This document shows, one piece after another, positions 52,295 to 64,000 of a stretch of 64,000 nucleotides of DNA. Made by a program: the position numbers and the translations under genes. The notes beneath the pieces were generated by a model. That model saw nothing but the letters and a program-made list of their open reading frames with translations, did no database searches and had not been told where the DNA came from. This DNA comes from Macrostomum lignano (Eukaryota), in the NCBI GenBank assembly GCA_002269645.1, contig NIVC01000103.1, forward strand, positions 248,001-312,000. Reading direction: 5' to 3'. Every line of letters begins with the position of its first letter. Position 1 is the stretch's first letter.

Positions 52295-54400
52295 CCAGTG
52301 GAAATCTCAATAGAAATCTCAATAGAAATCTCAGTGGAAATCTCAATGGAAATCTCAATAGAAATCTCAGTGGATATCTCAATGGAAATCTCAATGGAAA
52401 TCTCAGTGGAAATCCTAGTGGAAATATCAATGGAAATCTCAGTGGAAATCTCAACGAAAATCTCAATGGAAATCTCAATGGAAATCTCAATGGAAATCTC
52501 AATAGAAATCTCAATGGAAATCCCAATGGAAATCTCAATAGAAATCTCAGTGGAAATCTCAATGGAAATCTCAATGGAAATCTCAGTGGAAATATCAATG
52601 GAAATCTCAATGGAAATCTCAGTGGAAATCTCAATAAAAATCTCAATAGAAATCTCAATGAAAATCTCAATAGAAATCCCAGTTGAAATCTCAATAGAAA
52701 TCTCAATGGAAATCTCAATGGAAGTCTCAATAGAAATCTCAATGGAAATCCTAGTGGAAATATCAATGGAAATCTCAATGGAAATCTCAGTGGAAATATC
52801 AATGGAAATCTCAATAGAAATCTCAGTGGAAATCTCAATGGAAATCTCAATGGAAATCTCAATAGAAATCTCAGTGAAAATCTCAATAGAAATCTCAGTG
52901 GAAATCTCAATGAAAATCTCAATAGAAATCCCAGTTGAAATCTCAATAGAAATCTCAATGGAAATCTCAATGGAAATCTCAATAGAAATCTCAATGGAAA
53001 TCCTAGTGGAAATATCAATGGAAATCTCAATGGAAATCTCAGTGGAAATCTCAATGGAAATCTCAATGGAAATCTCAATGGAAATCTCAGTGGAAATCTC
53101 AATAAAAATCTCAATAGAAATCTCAATGAAAATCTCAATAGAAATCCCAGTTGAAATCTCAATAGAAATCTCAATGGAAATCTCAATGGAAATCTCAATA
53201 GAAATCTCAATGGAAATCTCAATGGAAATCTCAGTGGAAATCTCAATAGAAATCTCAATGGAAATCTCAATGGAAATCTCAATGGAAATCTCAGTGGAAA
53301 TCTCAATAGAAATCTCAATGGAAATCTCAATAGAAGTCTCAATAGAAATCTCAGTGAAAATCTCAATAGAAATCTCAATAGAAATCTCAATAAATCTCAG
53401 TTGAAATCTCAATAGAAATCTCAGTGGAAATCTCAATGGAAATCTCAGTGAAAATCTCAATGGAAATCTCAGTGGAAATCTCAGTGGAAATCTCAATAGA
53501 AATCTCAGTGGAAATCTCAATAGAAATCTCAGTGGAAATCTCAGTGGAAATCTCAATGGAAATATCAGTGGAAATATCAATGGAAATCTTAATGGAAATC
53601 TCAGTGGAAATCTCAATGGAAACCTCATTGGAAATCTCAGTGGAAATCTCAATAGAAATCTCAATGGAAATCTCATTGGAAATATCAATGGAAATCTCAA
53701 TGGAAATCTCAGTGGAAATCTCAATGGAAATCTCAATAGAAATCTCAGTGGAAATCTCAATGGAAATCTCAATGGAAATCTCAATAGAAATCTCAGTTGA
53801 AATCTCAATAGAAATCTCAGTGGAAATCTCAATGGAAATTTCAATGGAAATCTCAATAGAAATCTTAGTGGAAATCTCAATGGAAATCTCAATAGAAATC
53901 TCAGTGGAAATCTCAATGGAAATCTCAATGGAAATCTCAATAGAAATCTCAGTTGAAATCTCAATAGAAATCTCAGTGGAAATCTCAATGGAAATCTCAA
54001 TGGAAATCTCAATAGAAATCTCAGTGGAAATCTCAATAGAAATCTCAATAGAAATCTCAATGGAAATCCTAGTGGAAATATCAATGGAAATCTCATTGGA
54101 AATCTCAGTGGAAATCTCAATAGAAATCTCAATGGAAATCTCAATGGAAATCTCAATGGAAATTAATGGAAATCTCAATGGAAATCTCAAAAGAAATCCC
54201 AATGGAAATCTCAATAGAAATCTCAGTGGAAATCTCAATGGAAATTTCAATGGAAATCTCAATGAAAATCTCAATGAAAATCAATGGAAATCTCAATGGA
54301 AATCTCAATGGAAATCTCAATGAAAATCAATGGAAATTTCAATGGAAATCTCAATGGAAATCTCAATGAAAATCAATGGAAATCTCAATGGAAATTAATG
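52295..54400. repeat. 12-bp minisatellite (GAAATCTCAATG), ~2.1 kb
   Basis: Tandem units with AATA/AGTG variants. Confidence 0.97.
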
Positions 54401-54821
54401 GAAAAGTCTCTCCTCTCTTTTCTCCTCTCTCATCTCCTTCCCTCTTCTCTGTTCTCTTCTCTCTTTCACTCTCTGTTCTCTTCTCTCTTTCACTCTCTGT
54501 TCTCTCCTCTCTTTCACTCTCCTCTCTCCTCTCTTCTCTTATCTCTTCTCCCCTTTTATTTCTCATCTTGCCTCTCCACTCCGCCATTTCCTACATTCTC
54601 TTATCTCCCTCTTTCCTTCCTTCTCTCACCTATCACATTTCCTCTCCCAGCTGGCCCGCAGCCATTATCCTCTTCATCTGGCTTTTGAGGTGAAAACTTT
54701 TTCCGAGCCCCAGCTGTACCAGAACTCGCTCTTGTCATACCCTGTCAGATTAGTGCAAAAATTAAATAAAAAACATTTTATTGAAGTGTGCTAAATTTAT
54801 TAAAGTACGAGCTAGGATTGA

Positions 54822-56080
54822 CAGGCGTAGGAACGGGGGGACCAGTTTGGCCATGGCCTCCCTTCACTTTTTAAAGTTGGGGGGGGGGAGTAATGGTGTC
54901 TGGCGCCTCCACACTTTAAATGCAAAATGTAGACTTTTAGTTTATTTTATACTCTTTCTTTTGCTGCTTTGCATGAATGCATTTTGCAGCAGGGCAACAA
55001 AACAGTGCCTGCGACGCCAAAATGAGTGCCTGCGACGCTAAAATGAGTTCCTGCGGCTCTAAAATGAGTGCCTGCGACGCTAAAATGAGTGCCTGCGGCG
55101 CTAAATTGAGTGCCTGCGGCGCTAAAATGAGTGCCTGCGGCGCTAAATTGAGTGCCTGCGGCGCTAAAATGAGTGCCTGCGGCGCTAAAATGAGTGCCTG
55201 CGACGCTAAAATGAGTGCCTGCGGCGCTAAATTGAGTGCCTGTGGCGCTAAAATGAGTGCCTGCGGCGCTAAATTGAGTGCCTGCGACGCTAAAATGAGT
55301 GCCTGCGGCGCTAAAATGAGTGCCTGCGACGCTAAAATGAGTGCCTGCGGCGCTAAATTGAGTGCCTGTGGCGCTAAAATGAGTGCCTGCGGCGCTAAAA
55401 TGAGTGCCTGCGACGCTAAAATGAGTGCCTGCGGCGCTAAATTGAGTGCCTGTGGCGCTAAAATGAGTGTCTGCGGTGCTAAAATGAGTGCCTGCGACGC
55501 TAAAATGAGTGCCTGCGGCGCTAAATTGAGTGCCTGTGGCGCTAAAATGAGTGCCTGCGGCGCTAAATTGAGTGCCTGCGACGCTAAAATGAGTGCCTGC
55601 GGCGCTAAATTGAGTGCCTGTGGCGCTAAAATGAGTGCCTGCGGCGCTAAATTGAGTGCCTGCGACGCTAAAATGAGTGCCTGCGGCGCTAAATTGAGTG
55701 CCTGTGGCGCTAAAATGAGTGCCTGTGGCGCTAAAATGAGTGCCTGTGGCGCTAAAATGAGTGCCTGCGGCGCTAAATTGAGTGCCTGTGGCGCTAAAAT
55801 GAGTGCCTGCGGCGCTAAATTGAGTGCCTGTGGCGCTAAAATGAGTGCCTGCGGCGCTAAAATGAGTGCCTGCGGCGCTAAATTGAGTGCCTGCGGCGCT
55901 AAATTGAGTGCTGACAACATCGATTCTAAAAATAATTGGTACATGATAATATGCATTTTCTATATAAAAAATATTAAAATCTGACTCGACGGGGGCGTGC
56001 ACCCTGTGCACCCCACCCCCTAAATCCGCCACTGAACCTGTTCATCCCCCCCCACTTTTTGAAACGTTCCTACGCCTATG
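54822..56080. mobile_element. hAT-type non-autonomous element carrying an internal 21-bp minisatellite
   Basis: Termini CAGGCGTAGGAACG / CGTTCCTACGCCTATG; 8-bp TSD AGGATTGA (54814-54821, 56081-56088). Confidence 0.8.
55005..55912. repeat. 21-bp minisatellite (GCCTGCGGCGCTAAAATGAGT) inside the hAT element
   Basis: Tandem units. Confidence 0.96.
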
Positions 56081-56094
56081 AGGATTGAAATATT

Positions 56095-56368
56095 CCGGCA
56101 TTGAGTCAGAGGTTCCGGCATTGAGTCAGAGGTTCCGGCATTGAGACACAGGTTCCGGCATTGAGTCACAGGTTCCGGCATTGAGTCAGAGGTTCCGGCA
56201 TTGAGTCAGAGGGTCCGGCATTGAATCAGAGGTTCCGGCATTGAGTCACAGGTTCCGGCATTGAGTCAGAGGTTCCGGCATTGAGTCAGAGGTTCCAGCA
56301 TTGAGTCAGAGGTTCCGGCATTGAGTCAGAGGGTCCGGCATTGAGTCAGAGGTTCCGGCATTGAGTCA
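56095..56368. repeat. 20-bp minisatellite (ATTGAGTCAGAGGTTCCGGC) containing TGAGTCA
   Basis: 14 units, 12 with an intact TGAGTCA. Confidence 0.95.
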
Positions 56369-56893
56369 TTGGCGCCAACAGTGAGTATTGAGTAATTGGC
56401 GTCAAAAAGGCGCTTCAAAGCTAAGCCTTGAGTCCAGCCGCCATCATTAGAATATTTGGAAACATATCTGTCGCACCGTTGTCACCATTAAAGGATGAGG
56501 TGGTTGTAAATCCCCCGCAGAGATAAAGACCGGATTTATTCCCCACAGCGGGGGCCACAGACAGTGTGGCCGGGGGCCTGCCGACGGATGCCTTCCGATC
56601 TCAGAGTTTATTTATTGTGACAGCAGCAATCCAGAGATGATCGCTGAAACATCTCCCCAGTTCGATATTGTAGCACGGGCTTTGCCGGTCAGAAATTCTG
56701 ATCGAGGGGGGAACCGTTCTGGCGGGAATCGGGGTCCAGCTGTCGGTGTAAAATCTGCCCGGGATTTATGGGCTGGGATTATCGCAAATTCTTGCTGATA
56801 ATCAATTACTTTTTATTGCGTTGGAAAGCTGTCGAAGTGGGAGACAAAACTGAGATTGGGAGAAAGGAGAAAATGAGAGCCGAGAAGATGATA

Positions 56894-57230
56894 GGAGAGG
56901 AGAGGAGAGGAGAGGAGAGGAGAGGAGAGGAGAGGAGAGGAGAGGAGAGGAGAGGAGAGGAGAGGAGAGGAGAGGAGAGGAGAGGAGAGGAGAGGAGAGG
57001 AGAGGAGAGGAGAGGAGAGGAGAGGAGAGGAGAGGAGAGGAGAGGAGAGGAGGGGAGAGGAGAGGAGAGGAGAGGAGAGGAGAGGAGAGGAGAGGAGAGG
57101 AGAGGAGAGGAGAGGAGAGGAGAGGAGAGGAGAGGAGAGGAGAGGAGAGGAGAGGAGAGGAGAGGAGAGGAGAGGAGAGGAGAGGAGAGGAGAGGAGAGG
57201 AGAGGAGAGGAGTGAAGAGGAGAGGAGGGG
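56894..57230. repeat. (AGAGG)n microsatellite
   Basis: Pentanucleotide array. Confidence 0.97.
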
Positions 57231-57777
57231 AGTGAGGAAGAAACATAGGGGAAGGACGCAGAATGCGAAGGGAGTTGGAGAGATGCTATAATTGATCGGT
57301 AGCCCTCAGACCAGCAGAGCTGCTTGGCATCATAAAGGAGACAGGGAAAGCCCGAGAACGGAAGACCAGCAAAACAAGAGAAAGTTCCTCCAGGCAAAGT
57401 GGTCCAGTTGAGCTCGGAAGCTTTAGCGGGTCAGAGTGGATGGGGAGCTCACGCAAGCAGCCGGGGCGCTCGGTCATGCGGCACCGAATGCCGGGCCTCT
57501 CAGCGGGGCCCCGGCTGTCCAGCGCAGTTATCGGATTAGCCGGGGCAACTCAGCCGTGAACTGAGGCTGGAGCGGCTCGGTTCGCCTGTGTGCCCCAGTC
57601 CGGGGCGCCATCATCGTTTGGAGTCATCCAGTTGGCATTGAAGTGAGTCATTTCTGCGCCGTGCTTAATATTAATCTCAAAACTCATTGAGCCGTTTGCG
57701 TCCGGGATGCAGATTGGCTGAGGACCGAGATAATTGAAAAAATTCCTTTGCATCTTCCCTTGCAGTAGTAGTACGAG

Positions 57778-59670
<1,893 letters not shown>

Positions 59671-59764
59671 ATACACAGGCAGACAGAAAGCTACTAGAAG
59701 CGGCATCAAGCAAACAACAGTCACCACTTTAACCACAGAAGTGGCACGTCACAACTCTCTACCT

Positions 59765-59800
59765 TTCTATTGGCTGAGCGGCGCTGACCAATAGGCGCGC
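59765..59800. promoter_or_regulatory. Paired inverted CCAAT boxes upstream of HS3ST
   Basis: ATTGG at 59769-59773 and CCAAT at 59788-59792 in GC-rich context, ~150-175 bp upstream of the ATG at 59945. Confidence 0.5.
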
Positions 59801-59944
59801 AGCTGGGCCCGGGCTGGCCTGTCAAGCAGTTCATCAAGCAGATAAACTTCTCTAAGATATGATGCTCCAGTTGAGGCAGGCAGCTGGCAGCACAGAATGC
59901 ATTGAACAGCTCAGATAACTGACATCAGAGAATTGCTGTAAACT

Positions 59945-60231
59945 ATGAGCCTCCGGCCGTTCCCGCGGCTCTTCATGCTGCTGCATCTTACAGCCGCTCT
60001 CGTGGCAGCTGTTCCAGTCTCCTCTTCATCAGCCGGCGGTGTCAACTCGACTTCACAGCCGATCGATGCCACATTCGCTCGGCGTCTTCCGCAGGCGCTC
60101 ATCATCGGAGCCAAGAAGTCCGGGACTCGAGCCCTGCTTGCGTTCATCTGCATGCACCCGGACGTGCAGGCGCCGGGGCCTGAGGTGCACTTCTTCGATA
60201 GAAACTACCATCGAGGCCTGGACTGGTACAG
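59945..60231 (+). CDS. HS3ST: Heparan sulfate glucosamine 3-O-sulfotransferase, first coding exon (rest not seen in window)
   Basis: MSLRPF...[51 protein letters not shown], then donor AG|gtgagg. Contains the 5'-PSB PAPS-binding loop (KKSGTRAL) and the EVHFFDR motif typical of HS3STs; N-terminal hydrophobic signal. Confidence 0.92.
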
Positions 60232-60334
60232 GTGAGGTGCTGGTTGACGGTCACTGTGGCGTTGCACCTGACTATTTGGGAGGTCATTTTTCCCAGCCTG
60301 ATGCCCGTTGGAAGATTCTGCGTTCGTTTCAAAG

Positions 60335-60520
60335 CTCAGGGGTCATTTCAAAGATCTGGGGGTCATTTCAAAGATCTAGGGGTCATTTCAAAGATCTGGG
60401 GGTCATTTCAAAGATCTAGGGGTCATTTCAAAGATCTGGGGGTCATTTTAAAGATCTGTGGGGTCATTTCAAAGATCTGTGGGGTCATTTCAAAGATCTG
60501 TGGGGTCATTTCAAAGATGG
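60335..60520. repeat. 20-22-bp minisatellite (GGGGTCATTTCAAAGATCT) in HS3ST intron 1
   Basis: Tandem units. Confidence 0.92.
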
Positions 60521-61009
60521 GGGGTTCATTTTTTCAGAGCTGGGTGGTATTTTGCTATTATCTTGTAGCAGCGTCTCCAGGTGTTGGTAGGGAAGTTTAT
60601 CGAACCAACCAAGAGAAGAAAATTACAAGTCTGTCTGATTGCCAAAACAGTCTAAAAATAAAACGCACTGATTTCTATGAAATCAATAAGCACTTGCGCC
60701 GGTAAATTGGGCCTTGAAAGCTGAAGGAAATTGTGTTCCAAGATTTTGCTGCAAAAGCAATCATCGATCTCGCTTTCCATCTATACAATATTCCAAGGAA
60801 AATGGTTCATTTAAAGCATTTACAAGAGCGCCTTATCGAATGGGGTGACTGCTGTATGCTGTCAGATTCAGGTTTTGAGTTAACATCGAAATGAACTGGA
60901 AAGCTAAGGTTTGAGTCAGATTCCAGTCGGCAAGAGGTTTATAGGAGAGTAGAGATGCAAAAAATAAGAGGGTTGGAGAGTAATGTGATTAAAAGTAGAT
61001 AGTGAAGGA

Positions 61010-61530
61010 GTAGAGAGGTGAAAAAGTAGAGGTGTGAGAGAGTAGAGAGGTGAGAGAGTAGAGAGGTGAGAGAGTAGAGAGGTGAGAGAGTAGAGGGGTG
61101 AGAGAGTAGAGAGGTGAGAGAGTAGAGAGGTGAGAGAGTAGAGAGGTGAGAGAGTAGAGAGGCGAGAGAGTAGAGAGGTGAGAGAGTAGAGAGGCGAGAT
61201 AGTAGAGAGGTGAGATAGTAGAGAGGTGAGAGAGTAGAGAGGCGAGAGACTAGAGAGGTGAGAGAGTAGAGGGGTGAGAGAGTAGAGAGGTGAGAGAGTA
61301 GAGAGGTGAGAGAGTAGAGAGGTGAGAGAGTAGAGAGGTGAGAGAGTAGAGAGGCGAGAGAGTAGAGAGGTGAGAGAGTAGAGAGGTGAGAGAGTAGAGA
61401 GGTGAGAGAGTAGAGAGGTGAGAGAGTAGAGAGGTGAGAGAGTAGAGAGGTGAGAGAGTAGAGAGGTGAGAGAGTAGAGAGGTGAGAGAGTAGAGAGGTG
61501 AGAGAGTAGAGAGGTGAGAGAGTAGAGAGG
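61010..61530. repeat. 16-bp minisatellite (GGTGAGAGAGTAGAGA)
   Basis: Tandem units. Confidence 0.95.
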
Positions 61531-62099
61531 CAATAAAATAGAGGCCAGATAGTAATGTGAGGAAGAGAAGAGTGGAAAGAGAGAGAGAGTAATTTATGGA
61601 AGAGTAGAGAGAGAGAGTAGACAGGCATATCAGCAGAGATTAGAGAGCGGAGTCAGAGAAGCTGTTCTCTCATTCTCAAAGCCTGGAGGCAGGTTCTCAG
61701 ACTCCTCAGTCTCAGCCAACCAAATTATACACGGCAGAAGGTGTGGCAGGCAGCCAGGGACGGTCATTGCGGCCGAACATCTGTCGCGTTTCGTTTGGCA
61801 CTCAGTCCGTCATGGGGTGCGGGAAACTGCACAGAGAGTTAGGATGAAGAGAGTTGACAGCAGTTCACGGTTGAGTAGGCCGAAAGCCGAAAAATAGCCC
61901 CAGGGGGCTCTGGTTTTTGAAACGTAACAAAAATAATTAAACAAATGCTAATTCGTAACTCAACTGCATGGATTTTCGATTTTATGATGACATCCAGACT
62001 TTGTGAATCGCACAAAATACGCGTAGATGAATCAGGGATTTGGAAAGAAGAGTTTGTAGTGCACTCCAGGTTCATTCCCAATCAAAATATCGAAGATAT

Positions 62100-64000
62100 A
62101 GAAGAGGTAGAAGAGGAGAGAGGAGAGAAGAGAAGATGAGAGATAGGAGAGAAAAGAAGATAAGAGAGAGGAGAGAAAAGAAGATAAGAGAGAGGAGAGA
62201 AAAGAAGAGGAGAGATAGGAGAGAAAAGAAGATGAGAGAGGGGAGAGAAAAGAAGATGAGAGAGAGGGGAGAAAAGAAGATGAGAGAGGAGAGAGAAAAG
62301 AAGATGAGAGAGAGGAGAGAAAAGAAGAGGAGAGAGAGGGGAGAAAAGAAGATGAGAGAGGAGAGAGAAAAGAAGATGAGAGAGAGGAGAGAAAAGAAGA
62401 TGAGAGAGAGGAGAGAAAAGAAGAGGAGAGAGAGAGAAAAGAAGATGAGAGAGGAGAGAGAAAAGAAGATGAGAGAGAGGAGAGAAAAGAAGAGGAGAGA
62501 GAGGGGAGAAAAGAAGATGAGAGAGAGGGGAGAAAAGAAGATGAGAGAGGAGAGAGAAAAGAAGATGAGAGAGAGGAGAGAAAAGAAGAGGAGAGAGAGG
62601 GGAGAAAAGAAGAGGAGAGAGAGGGGAGAAAAGAAGATGAGAGAGGAGAGAGAAAAGAAGATGAGAGAGAGGAGAGAAAAGAAGAGGAGAGAGAGGGGAG
62701 AAAAGAAGATGAGAGAGAGGAGAGAAAAGAAGAGGAGAGAGAGGGGAGAAAAGAAGATGAGAGAGGAGAGAGAAAAGAAGATGAGAGAGAGGAGAGAAAA
62801 GAAGAGGAGAGAGAGGGGAGAAAAGAAGAGGAGAGAGAGGGGAGAAAAGAAGATGAGAGAGGAGAGAGAAAAGAAGATGAGAGAGAGGAGAGAAAAGAAG
62901 AGGAGAGAGAGGGGAGAAAAGAAGATGAGAGAGAGGGGAGAAAAGAAGATGAGAGAGGAGAGAGAAAAGAAGATGAGAGAGAGGAGAGAAAAGAAGAGGA
63001 GAGAGAGGGGAGAAAAGAAGAGAGAGAGAGAGAGAAAAGAAGATGAGAGAGGAGAGAGAAAAGAAGATGAGAGAGAGGGAGAAAAGAAGAGGAGAGAGAG
63101 GGGAGAAAAGAAGATGAGAGAGAGGAGAGAAAAGAAGAGGAGAGAGAGGGGAGAAAAGAAGATGAGAGAGAGGGGAGAAAAGAAGATGAGAGAGGAGAGA
63201 GAAAAGAAGATGAGAGAGAGGAGAGAAAAGAAGAGGAGAGAGAGGGGAGAAAAGAAGAGGAGAGAGAGAGAAAAGAAGATGAGAGAGGAGAGAGAAAAGA
63301 AGATGAGAGAGAGGAGAGAAAAGAAGAGGAGAGAGAGGGGAGAAAAGAAGATGAGAGAGAGGGGAGAAAAGAAGATGAGAGAGGAGAGAGAAAAGAAGAT
63401 GAGAGAGAGGAGAGAAAAGAAGAGGAGAGAGAGGGGAGAAAAGAAGAGGAGAGAGAGGGGAGAAAAGAAGATGAGAGAGGAGAGAAAAGAAGAGGAGAGA
63501 GAGGAGAGAAAAGAAGATGAGAGAGGAGAGAGAAAAGAAGATGAGAGAGAGGAGAGAAAAGAAGATGAGAGAGGGGAGAGAAAAGAAGATGAGAGAGGGG
63601 AGAGAAAAGAAGAGGAGAGAGAGGGGAGAAAAGAAGATGAGAGAGGAGAGAGAAAAGAAGATGAGAGAGAGGAGAGAAAAGAAGATGAGAGAGGGGAGAG
63701 AAAAGAAGATGAGAGAGAGGAGAGAAAAGAAGAGGAGAGAGAGGGGAGAAAAGAAGATGAGAGAGGAGAGAGAAAAGAAGATGAGAGAGAGGAGAGAAAA
63801 GAAGAGGAGAGAGAGGGGAGAAAAGAAGAGAGAGAGAGAGAGAAAAGAAGATGAGAGAGAGAGAGAAAAGAAGATGAGAGAGAGGAGAGAAAAGAAGAGG
63901 AGAGAGAGGGGAGAAAAGAAGATGAGAGAGAGGAGAGAAAAGAAGAGGAGAGAGGGGAGAGAAAAGAAGAGGAGAGAGAGGAGAGAAAAGAAGATGAGAG
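62100..64000. repeat. ~23-bp purine minisatellite (GAGAAAAGAAGATGAGAGAGAG..) running to the window end
   Basis: Almost pure A/G tandem units. Confidence 0.95.

Noticed and set aside
56420-56765. Long stop-free frame on - without a start codon, and GC-richer islands at 50660-51060 and 57240-57760
   Set aside because: No recognisable domain, splice-phase partner or codon pattern. Possibly regulatory or decayed TE sequence, but not supportable by eye.
62040-63854. 604-aa R/K/E-rich ORF resembling charged adhesive/cement proteins
   Set aside because: It is an almost pure-purine minisatellite, stop-free by composition, inside HS3ST intron 1, with no signal peptide or domains.

Overview
Eukaryotic (metazoan) genomic DNA with GC-rich exons, AT-rich or minisatellite-filled introns and canonical GT-AG sites. 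There are no prokaryotic features. The style suggests a free-living flatworm such as Macrostomum (inference only). Manual splicing gives nine protein-coding genes: a PDZ-domain gene (-, runs off the left end), CTF18 (-), a secreted PAN/Apple + C-type lectin (+), a secreted 8-Cys three-finger (Ly6/uPAR) protein absent from the ORF track (+), a histidine acid phosphatase (-), DNA polymerase epsilon subunit 2 (-), a secreted PAN/Apple + fibrinogen-domain protein (+), a signal-peptide/TM/divergent-C2 membrane protein (-), and exon 1 of a heparan sulfate 3-O-sulfotransferase (+). 9.4-21.7 kb is an AT-rich transposon graveyard with a resolvable nest: a LINE split by a CMC/EnSpm-like element that itself holds a hAT MITE and a SINE. 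About 30 micro/minisatellite arrays generate most of the long low-complexity ORFs in the track. The most interesting items are the two PAN/Apple-headed lectins with different effector domains, the GPI-less three-finger protein next to one of them, the signal-peptide-bearing synaptotagmin-like C2 protein, an AP-1-site minisatellite, and the nested transposons. All homology calls come from motif recognition by eye; no searches were run.
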